Positions 30,471-39,242 of a stretch of 64,000 nucleotides of DNA are shown here, one piece after another. Each line of letters begins with the position of its first letter. Within the stretch, counting starts at the first letter, position 1. The stretch covers positions 20,369 to 84,368 of the forward strand of contig CAVPNC010000005.1 of the NCBI GenBank assembly GCA_963706695.1. The letters run 5' to 3'. This DNA is from an uncultured Chloroflexia bacterium. Lineage in GTDB: Bacteria > Chloroflexota > Limnocylindria > Limnocylindrales > CSP1-4. Below the pieces are notes generated by a model, which was given only the letters and a program-made list of their open reading frames with translations, was not told the DNA's origin and ran no database searches. A program made the position numbers and the translations under genes.

Positions 30471-30979
30471 CAGACGACCGTGTCGTCGCCGAAGCCGGCG
30501 CCCTTCCAGACGAAGCGGACGGCAGCATTGCCCTCGTGGTCACCGGGCAGGCGCCGGTGGTGGCGCATGCGCTCGACCCAGGCGCCCATCGGTTCGCGGA
30601 TGAGGTCCGCGTCCGCGGCGGGGCCCAGGGCCACGGCAGCCTCTTCGAGGCCACGCAGGAGCGAGACCACGTCGTTCATGCGCACGTTCCGACGACGGTA
30701 GATGGGCACCAGCGACTCGCCCCAGATGACCACGAAGCGATCCTCGCCGGTCTCGATGGCCCGAGCCAGCTGCTCGATGTGCTGCTGGTAGTCACGCAGG
30801 AACGTGCGCAGCATGAGCTCGTCGTAGCGTTCCGACAGGGTCGCGTCGATGCGAAGGGCGGCCTCGAGCGAGGTGGCCGGCAGTCGCGCTGCATCGCGCA
30901 GGCGCGCAGCCACGAGCGGTCGACCGGCGGTGGCGTCAGCGGGAGGCAGTCCGGTAGCTGGGTGCGGCATGGCGAGCAA
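30470..30979 (-). CDS. hypothetical protein (predicted all-helical)
   Basis: 169-aa ORF translationally coupled to the DUF433 gene. No family recognised. Confidence 0.45.
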   Translation of the reverse strand: MLAMPHPATGLPPADATAGRPLVAARLRDAARLPATSLEAALRIDATLSERYDELMLRTFLRDYQQHIEQLARAIETGEDRFVVIWGESLVPIYRRRNVRMNDVVSLLRGLEEAAVALGPAADADLIREPMGAWVERMRHHRRLPGDHEGNAAVRFVWKGAGFGDDTVV

Positions 30980-31024
30980 CAGTCTAGCGACCTCGGCCGG
31001 ACTCGCGCGGCTAGAGTTGTGGGC

Positions 31025-31513
31025 ATGACCGAGCCCGGCGACCGTCGATTACCATCGAGCCCTTCGCATACGGCGAGTCCGGCCACGCCCCGCCGACCGG
31101 CCGGCCCGGACCGGCTGCGACCGCGGAGCCTGCCCCTCGCGCTCGCCGAGGCCGGCCTGGTGGCGTTCGTCTCGGCCGTGGCCTGGGCCTTCCTCAAAGG
31201 CGTCCTCGAGTTCCCGGGCGCCTTGGGCGTGGCCGTGCTCGGTGGCTGGCTCATGGGCGAGGTGCTGTGGTCGGTCCGAGCCCACCCCCTGGTGGCTGCC
31301 GCCCTGGCCGGTCTGGCGTGGGTGCTGGGACTGGTCTTCACCTGGCTGACGGCCCTGGCCCTGCTGCCAGCGTCCTCGCGGACGTTCCTCGAGCGGGTGC
31401 AGGGCACGCCCTTCCTGGAGTGGTTGAGCCCGCAGTTCGGCTGGCTCGAGCTGGCGGGCCTGCTGCTCTACGTCGGCGCCGCCCTCTTCGGCGCCAGGCC
31501 GCGCGCCGGCTGA
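31025..31513 (+). CDS. hypothetical membrane protein
   Basis: ATG 31025. Pro/Arg-rich head followed by four hydrophobic segments. Confidence 0.45.
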   Translation: MTEPGDRRLPSSPSHTASPATPRRPAGPDRLRPRSLPLALAEAGLVAFVSAVAWAFLKGVLEFPGALGVAVLGGWLMGEVLWSVRAHPLVAAALAGLAWVLGLVFTWLTALALLPASSRTFLERVQGTPFLEWLSPQFGWLELAGLLLYVGAALFGARPRAG

Positions 31514-31562
31514 GGTCAGCTGTCGTCGGGCAGCCGGAGGGCCACGTGCGTCGAGGCTGCGG

Positions 31563-31904
31563 CTAGGCCGGCGTCTCTCCCAGGAAGGGCATGCCGTCGT
31601 CTTCGACGGCCTTGAGGCTCATGCGCAGGGCAGCCGTCTTGGCCGTGGCCACCTCGCGCACGTAGTCGGCGGTCTCATCCGCGGTCATGGCCCGTCCGCG
31701 TACGGCGTCGGCCGGACGACCCACCATCAGCCACGAGAGGTGGTAGCGGTCCATCGAGCCCCAGGCATTGCGCAGGAGCTCGTCGGAGGCGGCGATCCAC
31801 GTCCGCAGCGCGGGCATCGAGGGTCGCTCGCCGATGCGCTCCCCTTCGGCGATGAGCGCCTTGATGGCAGCGATGTACTGGGCTCGGGTCACGACGCCTA
31901 TCAT
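31563..31904 (-). CDS. hypothetical protein
   Basis: 113-aa ORF with coding-like composition. No family recognised. Confidence 0.4.
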   Translation of the reverse strand: MIGVVTRAQYIAAIKALIAEGERIGERPSMPALRTWIAASDELLRNAWGSMDRYHLSWLMVGRPADAVRGRAMTADETADYVREVATAKTAALRMSLKAVEDDGMPFLGETPA

Positions 31905-31912
31905 CGACGCAG

Positions 31913-32997
31913 ATGACCGATCTCGCCCGACAGGCGCCCAGCCAGCCGCTCGACATCGACCTTGGACCCGCTCGCGAGACCGCTGCGCGCTGGGTCGCCG
32001 ATGCGGTGGTGCCCTGCGCGGCCATCGGCGTCATCGATGCGAGCGGGCGCTTCCGCTGTGACTTCGTGCCCGGCGGCGAAGGCACCATCGACCTGCGCAG
32101 CGTCTTCTTCCTGGCCTCCCTCACCAAGGGCATCGTGGCCACCGCGTTCATGCGCTACGTGGACGAGGCACGGGTGGACCTGCACGCGCCCATGGAGCGC
32201 TACCTGTCGACGCTGGCCGGCACCGATGCCGGCGCGGTCACCGCGTGGCAGGTGCTTGACCCACACCTCGGGCTTGCCGGACATGCCGGTCCAGTCGATG
32301 CGCCAGGAGCGTCCCACCTATGGGCGGGCGCTGGCCTTCGTGCAGGAGGCGCGCTGCGAGACGGAGCCGGGCACGGCCTACCACTACAACTCGGTCGCCT
32401 TCATGCTCCTGGCGGAAGTCATGTCCACGCTCAGCGGCGCCCCGCTCGATGAGACGCTGGCCCTGCGCCTGACCGAGCCGCTGGGCATGACCGACACCAC
32501 CTTCGACGCCCGCCCGCTGCGCGATCGGGTGATCCCGGTCCACGGCGTGGGGGCTGACAATCGCGTCGTGCGTGAGGTGCTGCTGCGCTTCCTGGCCGGG
32601 GCCCAGATGCCCGGCGGGGGCATGTTCGGCACGCTCGGCGACCTGCTGCGGCTGGGACGTGCCCTGCTGCCCGCCGACCCGCAGGCACCCGGCCCGCGCG
32701 TGCTCTCGCAGCGCGGCGATCGACGAGATGACGCGCAACCACACCGAGGGCTGGACCCACGTCTCCGAGGACGGCGTCGAGCGCGAGGTCCGGCAGGGCC
32801 TCGGCTGGCGCAAGCCGCAGCCTCACTGGCCTGGATCGCCGGCCGCCTTCACCCACGGGGGCATCAGCGGCGGACGCCTCTACGTGGAGCCGGAGGCCGG
32901 GTTCGCGGTGGCCTTCCTGACCAACCGCTGGCACGCACCCATCGAGGTCTCGGTCAGCGTCATCGACGAGGTCTACCGCGCCTGGCCCCAGGGGTAG
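31913..32997 (+). pseudogene. serine hydrolase / beta-lactamase-family protein with two frame breaks (or sequencing errors)
   Basis: The SxxK motif (ASLTKG) is in the frame of 31913. THTSGLPD...YHYNS... continues in the frame of ORF 31962..33059 from about 32255. AIDEMTRNHTEG...FTHGGISGG... continues in the frame of ORF 32572..32997 from about 32712. Confidence 0.7.
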
Positions 32998-33387
32998 CTA
33001 GGCCGCGCCACCTTCCTCGATGGCGAAGGCCGCCAGTCGTGCGTCACAGGCGGCGCTGAGTCGCTCGGCCTGGCGCACGATCCAGGGATCGACCCGGCTG
33101 CTGTCCTCGATGGTCAGCTCCGGACCGGTGGGTCCGTCACTGAGCACGATGCCGTCGCTGTTGCGGTAGTCGCTCATCCAGTTGGCCTGCAGCTGCACCA
33201 CCGTGGCCACCACCACCTCGCGTGGGAACGACCAGTCGAGGTAGTCGGCGCCGAGCTGGTCGACGATGTCGCGCACGCGCACGGCCACCCCCCGCGGCAG
33301 GCGCGCCAGCAGGTGCACCACGCGGAGCTCGCTGAAGGGATCGCCGACCTCGGCCACGGTCGGGGGCTGGAGGTGCGGATCGGGCAA
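32998..33387 (-). CDS. hypothetical protein
   Basis: 129-aa ORF, 42 nt downstream of the preceding co-directional gene. No family recognised. Confidence 0.4.
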   Translation of the reverse strand: MPDPHLQPPTVAEVGDPFSELRVVHLLARLPRGVAVRVRDIVDQLGADYLDWSFPREVVVATVVQLQANWMSDYRNSDGIVLSDGPTGPELTIEDSSRVDPWIVRQAERLSAACDARLAAFAIEEGGAA

Positions 33388-33429
33388 GCCCGGGGTCTGG
33401 CGTAGTCTGCATCGCGAGCAGCCGGTCGC

Positions 33430-33870
33430 TCAAGATCCGTCGGCGCCCAGGCCGATCTCGAGACGGTCCTCGCCGGTGCCCGCGGGGCCCCGCCGGATGG
33501 CCAGATAGCTGCCCTCCGGAGCATCGGTCAGGAGCGGCAGGATGGTGGCCACGATGGCGTCCGCGTCCTGGCCCACCAGGCGCATGGCCAGGTAGCCCTG
33601 CTCCAGGGAGTTGGTGTCGTGCTCACCAGCGCCCGCCGCATCGAGCGCCCGCATCAGGTCGTTCTCGAGGGCGAAGACCTTCTGCTGCTCACGCGTCGTC
33701 TCGAAGTCGGGGTCGTAGAGGCGCACCCACACCGTCACGCGGTGCTTGTCACCGTGGGCCTCGAAGGTGGCCTCGGCCGACTGGCGCCACTCGGCGTCAT
33801 CGGCAGGCTGGCCGGGAGCACCGCTGCCCGCCTCATCGCCCCCGCCGAAGAGCCGCTTGAGAAAGCCCAC
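33430..33870 (-). CDS. hypothetical protein, coupled to kamA
   Basis: GTG 33870 lies 2 nt after the kamA stop. 146 aa. No family recognised. Confidence 0.45.
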   Translation of the reverse strand: MGFLKRLFGGGDEAGSGAPGQPADDAEWRQSAEATFEAHGDKHRVTVWVRLYDPDFETTREQQKVFALENDLMRALDAAGAGEHDTNSLEQGYLAMRLVGQDADAIVATILPLLTDAPEGSYLAIRRGPAGTGEDRLEIGLGADGS

Positions 33871-33872
33871 GC

Positions 33873-35384
33873 CTAGAGCAGCTCGCCGTGGGCGGAAGCG
33901 GTGGGCTCACCCTCAGCCGGACGTGGCTCCTCTCCGGGACCGTACGGGGCACCTCCCTCGCCCGCGGGCAGCGCGGCCGGCGCCGTCCGGCCCTCGATCG
34001 CGCCCACACCATAGGGCACCCACTTCTCCGGCGACTGCAGGCGGTGGGCCTCCGTGTTGCCACGTGCGTGGATCTCGTTGTGGCCGGCCGGCTTGATCCA
34101 CATGGCCTCACCCTGCAGGAGCGCGTGCACACCGCCCTGACCCGGCTCTGGTCGCTGGTTGCGACAGAAGCTGCACGAGCGCTGGTCGTGCGGCGTGTAC
34201 GAGGTGGGCTCCTCGTAGGTGGTGATGTAGCCCTCGTAGTTGCGCAGCACGACCTTGTGGTCGGAGTAGCTGATGAGGTAGTTCGGCATGACCGGGATCT
34301 TGCCGCCCCCGCCGGGCGCGTCCACCACGTAGGTGGGCACGGCGTAGCCGCTGGTGTGGCCGCGCAGGCCCTCGATGATCTCCAGGCCCTTGCCCACGGG
34401 CGTGCGGAAGTGCCCGGAGCCGGCCACCAGGTCGCACTGGTAGAGGTAGTAGGGCCGGATCCGGTTCTCCACCAGCCGGTGGACCAGGTCGCGCTGGATG
34501 TGGACGCAGTCGTTGACGCCCGCCAGCAGGACCGACTGGTTGCCGATGGGGATGCCCGTGCGGCTGAGCTTGTCGACCGCGCGTGAGACCTCCGGCGTGA
34601 TCTCGGCCGGGTGGTTGAAGTGGAGGTTCATCCACACCGGGTGGTACTTCTCGAGCATGGCGCAGAGCTCGTCATCGACACGCTGAGGCATGAACACGGG
34701 CACCCGCGTGCCCATGCGCACGATCTCGATGTGCGGGATCTCGCGCAGGCCGCGCATGACCCGCTCCAGCAGCTTGGGCGACATGGTCAGGGGGTCGCCG
34801 CCGCTGAGCAGCACGTCGCGGACCTGCGGCGTGCGGCGCAGGTAGTCGAGCTGCGCCTCGAAGTCCCGGGTGTTGAAGTTCTGGGTCGCGTCGCCGACGA
34901 TGCGCGAGCGCGTGCAGTAGCGACAGTACGAAGCGCACTGGGTGGTCACCAGCATCAGCACGCGATCGGGGTAGCGGTGGACCAGGCCTGGCACCGGCGA
35001 GTGCTGATCCTCCGCGAGGGAGTCCTCCATCATGGCCGTGAACGCTTCCTGCTCCTGCCCCAGGGGCATGACCTGGCGGCGGATGGGGTCCGCCGGATCA
35101 CGTGGGTCGATGAGGCTGATGAAGTAGGGCGTGATGTCGACCCGGAACTTGTCCGGGGCGCCCAGGCCGGCGCGCTCGTCGTCGGTCAGCTCCAGGATCT
35201 GCGCGAACGTCTCGAGGTCGTTGACGCGGTTCGAGAGCTGCCATTTCCAGTCGTCCCACTGCTCGTCGGGGACGTCTGCGTAGTAGGGCGCGCGGCGGCT
35301 GCGAGCCGGCTCGCCATCGGGGCCAAGCGCCTTGGCCGGGTCGCGCGGGTTGATCCAGTCGTCTTGTTCGTTGGTGCTGACCAC
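33873..35384 (-). CDS. kamA: lysine 2,3-aminomutase (radical SAM, PLP-dependent)
   Basis: GTG 35384 follows AGGAGGG. CxxxCxxC cluster CASYCRYCTRS, PLP-lysine region DAPGGGGKIPVMPNY, and a C-terminal Cys pair CSFC. About 50 extra residues at the C-terminus. Confidence 0.9.
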   Translation of the reverse strand: MVSTNEQDDWINPRDPAKALGPDGEPARSRRAPYYADVPDEQWDDWKWQLSNRVNDLETFAQILELTDDERAGLGAPDKFRVDITPYFISLIDPRDPADPIRRQVMPLGQEQEAFTAMMEDSLAEDQHSPVPGLVHRYPDRVLMLVTTQCASYCRYCTRSRIVGDATQNFNTRDFEAQLDYLRRTPQVRDVLLSGGDPLTMSPKLLERVMRGLREIPHIEIVRMGTRVPVFMPQRVDDELCAMLEKYHPVWMNLHFNHPAEITPEVSRAVDKLSRTGIPIGNQSVLLAGVNDCVHIQRDLVHRLVENRIRPYYLYQCDLVAGSGHFRTPVGKGLEIIEGLRGHTSGYAVPTYVVDAPGGGGKIPVMPNYLISYSDHKVVLRNYEGYITTYEEPTSYTPHDQRSCSFCRNQRPEPGQGGVHALLQGEAMWIKPAGHNEIHARGNTEAHRLQSPEKWVPYGVGAIEGRTAPAALPAGEGGAPYGPGEEPRPAEGEPTASAHGELL

Positions 35385-35752
35385 GGTCCCTCCTGTGGGC
35401 GGCGATGATACCCCGCTCGAGCCTTCCGCCCTGCCGCAGGCAGTGGGCCGGATGGTGCCCCGAGGCACCGCCCCACGTGGCTCTTTGGGGCCATATCCGG
35501 AAGGGTCCGTCGCGAGTACGTTGCATGGGCTGAACCCGCGTGGCCCGCTGGCCCAGGTTGCGGATCGGCGCATTCATCCCATCCTGGATCAGCCGAATAC
35601 GACCGAAGGGGATCGGTTCCGAGCGAACCCCGAGCTCCCTGTGGCCTGACCGCGAATGGCTATCGAACCATCATCGTTCTTCCGATGGCCCGAGTCGCGA
35701 TCGAGGCGCACGAACCACGTCGTATCCTGCGGTCCGCCATCGGAGATACCTG

Positions 35753-36025
35753 ATGGACAAGCTACGAGCTGCGGTGGCAAGGGCCACCGAGAGGGTCGCT
35801 CGCTCGCGACCCGTGCGGTCGCTGCGCGCGCTCCTGGCGCCGCCGGCCACGACGACCGATGACCAGCGGGGCCAGGGCCTCGCCGAGTACGCCCTCATCC
35901 TGGGCCTCATCGCCATCGTGGCCATCGTGTCGCTCATCTTCCTCGGCACCAGCGTGAGCAGCCTGTTCGAGGACATCATCAACAACGGGTTCGACTACGT
36001 CACTGACCTGATCAGTTCGACCTAG
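35753..36025 (+). CDS. flp: Flp/Fap-family prepilin (long leader)
   Basis: ATG 35753 with GGAG upstream. G-QGLAEYALILGLIAIVAIV fits the G/XXXXEY Flp processing motif plus a hydrophobic helix. The leader is about 45 aa. Confidence 0.7.
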   Translation: MDKLRAAVARATERVARSRPVRSLRALLAPPATTTDDQRGQGLAEYALILGLIAIVAIVSLIFLGTSVSSLFEDIINNGFDYVTDLISST

Positions 36026-36224
36026 CCCTCCCGCCGTCGCCTGCCTGGGCCGAGCGGCCGCACCAAGCGTGTGGCTGCTTCGGGCTGTCCAGCGTTGTCG
36101 CCGCGCACCGAAGTAGGCCCGAATCGGGCGTTCTCGCTACCAACCGGGGCGCAGGCGGGGTACTGTCTCGCAGTCCACCCTGCATGGTCGTGAACGACCC
36201 GGGTCGCAGGGGTCCGCGGAAACA

Positions 36225-36255
36225 TTGTTCTCGCGGCTGGTTGTTTTGCTAGGAT
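36225..36255 (+). promoter_or_regulatory. putative extended -10 promoter giving a near-leaderless mRNA
   Basis: TTGTTC (36225-30), 19 nt, TGcTAGGAT (36247-55). The ATG at 36265 has no purine-rich RBS. Confidence 0.3.
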
Positions 36256-36264
36256 TCCGTCCTC

Positions 36265-36660
36265 ATGACTTGGGCGAACCTGCGCACACTCGGCTACCTC
36301 GCCGCCTTCCTCCTGTTGGGGGCGGTGATCACAGCGCTGTACGGAGCGTTCCGTACGGAGCTGGAAGCCAGCTCGTACATCGGTTTCATCGGTGGCGTGC
36401 TGCTCGGTGCCGTGATGGTCGCGTTCCTCGTCACCGTCATGCTGGTCCCGGAACGACGGCGAACGGCCTGGGTCGAGGCCATCACGACCGTCAACGCCAA
36501 GTACCTCTTCCTCGTGCTCATCATCGCGTGGGCCCTGGCCATGGGGTTCCTGGCGAGCATGAACCTTGAGGTGAACACCATCGGCGTCCCGGCCCTCATC
36601 GGGCTCTTCGCCGGGATCTTCATCTTCATGGGCTTCATCTGGTCGGTCATCGGAGAGTAA
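36265..36660 (+). CDS. hypothetical four-TM membrane protein inside the flp island
   Basis: 131-aa ORF with four clear hydrophobic helices. No family recognised. Confidence 0.5.
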   Translation: MTWANLRTLGYLAAFLLLGAVITALYGAFRTELEASSYIGFIGGVLLGAVMVAFLVTVMLVPERRRTAWVEAITTVNAKYLFLVLIIAWALAMGFLASMNLEVNTIGVPALIGLFAGIFIFMGFIWSVIGE

Positions 36661-36881
36661 GGGGCACCCGCACCGCCTCACGTGTCCAGGGAAGCCGTCC
36701 AGCCGAATGCCATCCGGCGGACCCACTTGACGCTGGCTCATCTGCCTATGACGGGCTGATAGCCCAGGCACCCTCGTCGCACGTTCTCCTGTTGGCTGCC
36801 GGCGTCCGGAGCAGCGATCTGGCTCTCGCGCCGGGGTCGGATGACCCACTCCCAGCAGATCGGAACGGAGGGCGACATACG

Positions 36882-37070
36882 TTGACCGAAGTGATTCGCT
36901 GGCTGGCCGCCAAGCGGCCGGCCCACGGAGAGGAAGGCCAGGGCCTCGCGGAGTACGCGCTGATCCTGGCCCTGATCGCCATCGTGGCGATCCTCTCGCT
37001 CATCTTCCTTGGCGACACCATCAATGACCTGATGTCATTGATCGGTTCGAACATCGACGCCAGGCCGTAG
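36882..37070 (+). CDS. flp: Flp/Fap-family prepilin
   Basis: TTG 36882, 9 nt after GGAGGG (GTG 36891 is an alternative). EEG-QGLAEYALILALIAIVAIL motif. Confidence 0.7.
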   Translation: MTEVIRWLAAKRPAHGEEGQGLAEYALILALIAIVAILSLIFLGDTINDLMSLIGSNIDARP

Positions 37071-37382
37071 ACGGGAACCAGACCCGACTGCACCAGACAA
37101 GGACCAAGACCACATAGCTCCACTGGGACTGGTGCCAAAGCACCACCGAAAGTCCGGTCTCTGTGTCACCCGTAGGTGCCATGGAAACGCCTCAGCGCCT
37201 CATCCATCATTCCCGGCACTGAGGACGTATCACCTGGCCTGCCGGCCGTCCCAGTGCACAGTTGGCGGCGGGGCTGTAACGTCCGCCGAGCACGGAGGCC
37301 CATATCGGGCTGACGAGCGCATTCATCCAATCCACGGCGAACCGCTTCGACGGGGAGCCAGAAACCTTAGGAGGACCATTCG

Positions 37383-37538
37383 ATGGTCGACTTCCTGCTT
37401 CGCCGCGACGAGGATGGCCAGGGCCTGGCCGAGTACGCACTGATCCTGGCGCTCATCGCCATCATCGCGATCGCCGCCCTCATCTTCCTCGGTGGCGAGA
37501 TCTCCGAGATCCTCTCCACGATCGGCGCCAACATCTAG
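37383..37538 (+). CDS. flp: Flp/Fap-family prepilin (51 aa, below the ORF-track cutoff)
   Basis: ATG 37383, 8 nt after AGGAGG. Sequence MVDFLLRRDEDG-QGLAEYALILALIAIIAIAALIFLGGEISEILSTIGANI, stop at 37536. Confidence 0.7.
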   Translation: MVDFLLRRDEDGQGLAEYALILALIAIIAIAALIFLGGEISEILSTIGANI

Positions 37539-37560
37539 ACGCCGCTCTCTGAGAGCTACC

Positions 37561-37604
37561 GAGAACGGCCCGTCCCTCCGGGGGCGGGCCGTTCTCTTTG
37601 TGTG
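37561..37604 (+). terminator. intrinsic terminator after the third flp gene
   Basis: Perfect 12-bp stem gagaacggcccg / cgggccgttctc (37561-37596), followed by tttgtgtg. Confidence 0.65.
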
Positions 37605-37619
37605 CCTATCATCTGGGTG

Positions 37620-38390
37620 ATGCCGACCACGAGCGATCCCCTGCCCCAGCCCCCCCTCGCCCCCGACGGCTGGACACCGGGACCGCCCGACTACGTCGGC
37701 GTCGGCACCGCGCGCTCCGGTACCACCTGGTGGGACAGCCTCATCAGCGCCCATCCCCGGGTCAGCCGTCCGCCCCAGACCCCCAAGGAGGTCCACTTCT
37801 TCGACGGACGGTGGGATGGTGCCCTGAGTCAGCCGGACATCGACCGCTACCACCGCTTCTTCGCGAGGCCTGACGGCCATCTCAGCGGCGAGTGGACCCC
37901 GGGCTACATGCTCGACGTGTGGACGCCGCGTCTGCTGCAGCGGGCAGCCCCGGAGGCCCGGCTGCTGGTGCTGCTGCGCGACCCCGTCGAGCGCTTCCGC
38001 TCCGGGCGCACGCTTGCCGAGAACCGCTTCAGCGTGGGCTCCACCGCCCGTGCCGCGGCCAACGCCGCCTTCAATCGCGGCATCTACGCCGACCAGCTGA
38101 CGCGGTTGCTGCGGGTCTTTCCTCGCGAGCAGGTGCTGGTGCTCCAGTACGAGCGGTGCGTCGCTGAACCAGCCGCCCAGCTGCGCCGCACGTACCAGTT
38201 CATCGGCCTGGAGCCGATCATCCCGGAGGGCCTGGAGGTCGGTGCGCGGGTCAACGAGTCGCGCGGTCCCAAGGTCACGCTCAGCGCCTGGCAGGAGGAC
38301 CAGCTGGTCCGCCGCTATGCGCCGGAGAACGAGCGGCTCACGGCCCTGGTGCCCGACCTCGATCTCCGCCTCTGGAAGGCGCCCCGATGA
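37620..38390 (+). CDS. sulfotransferase-family protein (paralog 1)
   Basis: PAPS 5'-phosphosulfate loop GTARSGTTWW and 3'-phosphate motif LLRDPVERFRSG. ATG 37620 is preferred because GTG 37602 lies in the terminator T-tract. Confidence 0.8.
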   Translation: MPTTSDPLPQPPLAPDGWTPGPPDYVGVGTARSGTTWWDSLISAHPRVSRPPQTPKEVHFFDGRWDGALSQPDIDRYHRFFARPDGHLSGEWTPGYMLDVWTPRLLQRAAPEARLLVLLRDPVERFRSGRTLAENRFSVGSTARAAANAAFNRGIYADQLTRLLRVFPREQVLVLQYERCVAEPAAQLRRTYQFIGLEPIIPEGLEVGARVNESRGPKVTLSAWQEDQLVRRYAPENERLTALVPDLDLRLWKAPR

Positions 38391-39242
38391 CGCTCAAGGC
38401 CCGCGCTCGCCGACTGGCCGTCCGGGGCTCCCGTGCCTGGTATCGCCTGCGCGGACCGCACCAGCCGGGGCCACCCGATCCGCCGCCCGTCCCCGCCGGC
38501 TGGCAGGTGGGCCCACCGCACTACGTGGGCGTGGGTGCCCAGAAGGCGGGGACCTCGTGGTGGAACCGCCTCCTCGAAGCGCACCCGGACGTGGTCAACG
38601 CCGACGGCCAGCCGAAGGAGCTGCACTTCTTCGACCGCTCGTGGGAGACGCCCTTCGACCGATGAGGATGCCCGGCGCTACCAGCGCTTCTTCCCGGTAC
38701 CGGAGGGCAAGGTGGCGGGCGAGTGGACACCCGGCTACCTCATCGACTTCTGGACCCCGGAGCTCATCGCCCGGGCCGCACCCGAGGCGCGCCTGCTGGT
38801 GCTCCTGCGCGACCCGGTCGACCGCTTTCGCTCCGGGCTCACGCACCAGCTGGCGACCTCCCGAGCGCCCCTGGGCGACCGCGACATCCAGGGCGCCTTC
38901 CAGCGCAGCATCTATGCGCCGCAGCTCCGGCGCGTCCTGGCCGCGTTCCCGGCCGAGCAGGTGTGGGTCGGCCAGTACGAGGCCTGCCGGGCCGATCCCG
39001 CCCGTGAGCTGGCCCGGACCTACGAGTTCCTGGGCCTGGCCCCCCACGAGCTGGACCCCGATGCCTTCCGCAGCGAGGTCAACCCCACGACCCGGGCCAA
39101 GTTCGAGCCGTCGGCGGGCCTGCGGGCCTCGCTGATCGAAGGCTACGCGGCCGACATGGCCCAGCTGGCCGAGCTGGTGCCGGGGCTCGACCTCTCGCTT
39201 TGGCCCAGCGCGCAGAGAGGCCGGACTGGCCTGACCGGCTAG
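38387..39242 (+). pseudogene. sulfotransferase-family protein (paralog 2) with one frame break (or sequencing error)
   Basis: GAQKAGTSWW...FFDRSWETPF reads into a TGA at 38663. DEDARRYQRFFP...EWTPGY...LLRDPVDRFRSG continues in the frame of ORF 38433..39242. One base too many near 38659-38660. Confidence 0.7.

Noticed and set aside
35385-35752. Possible lysine (L-box) riboswitch in the long leader region upstream of kamA
   Set aside because: I read the minus strand and found hairpins, but not the conserved L-box cores as I remember them (AGAGGNGC, GTCGCCGAAG, CTGTCA). An Infernal scan would settle it.
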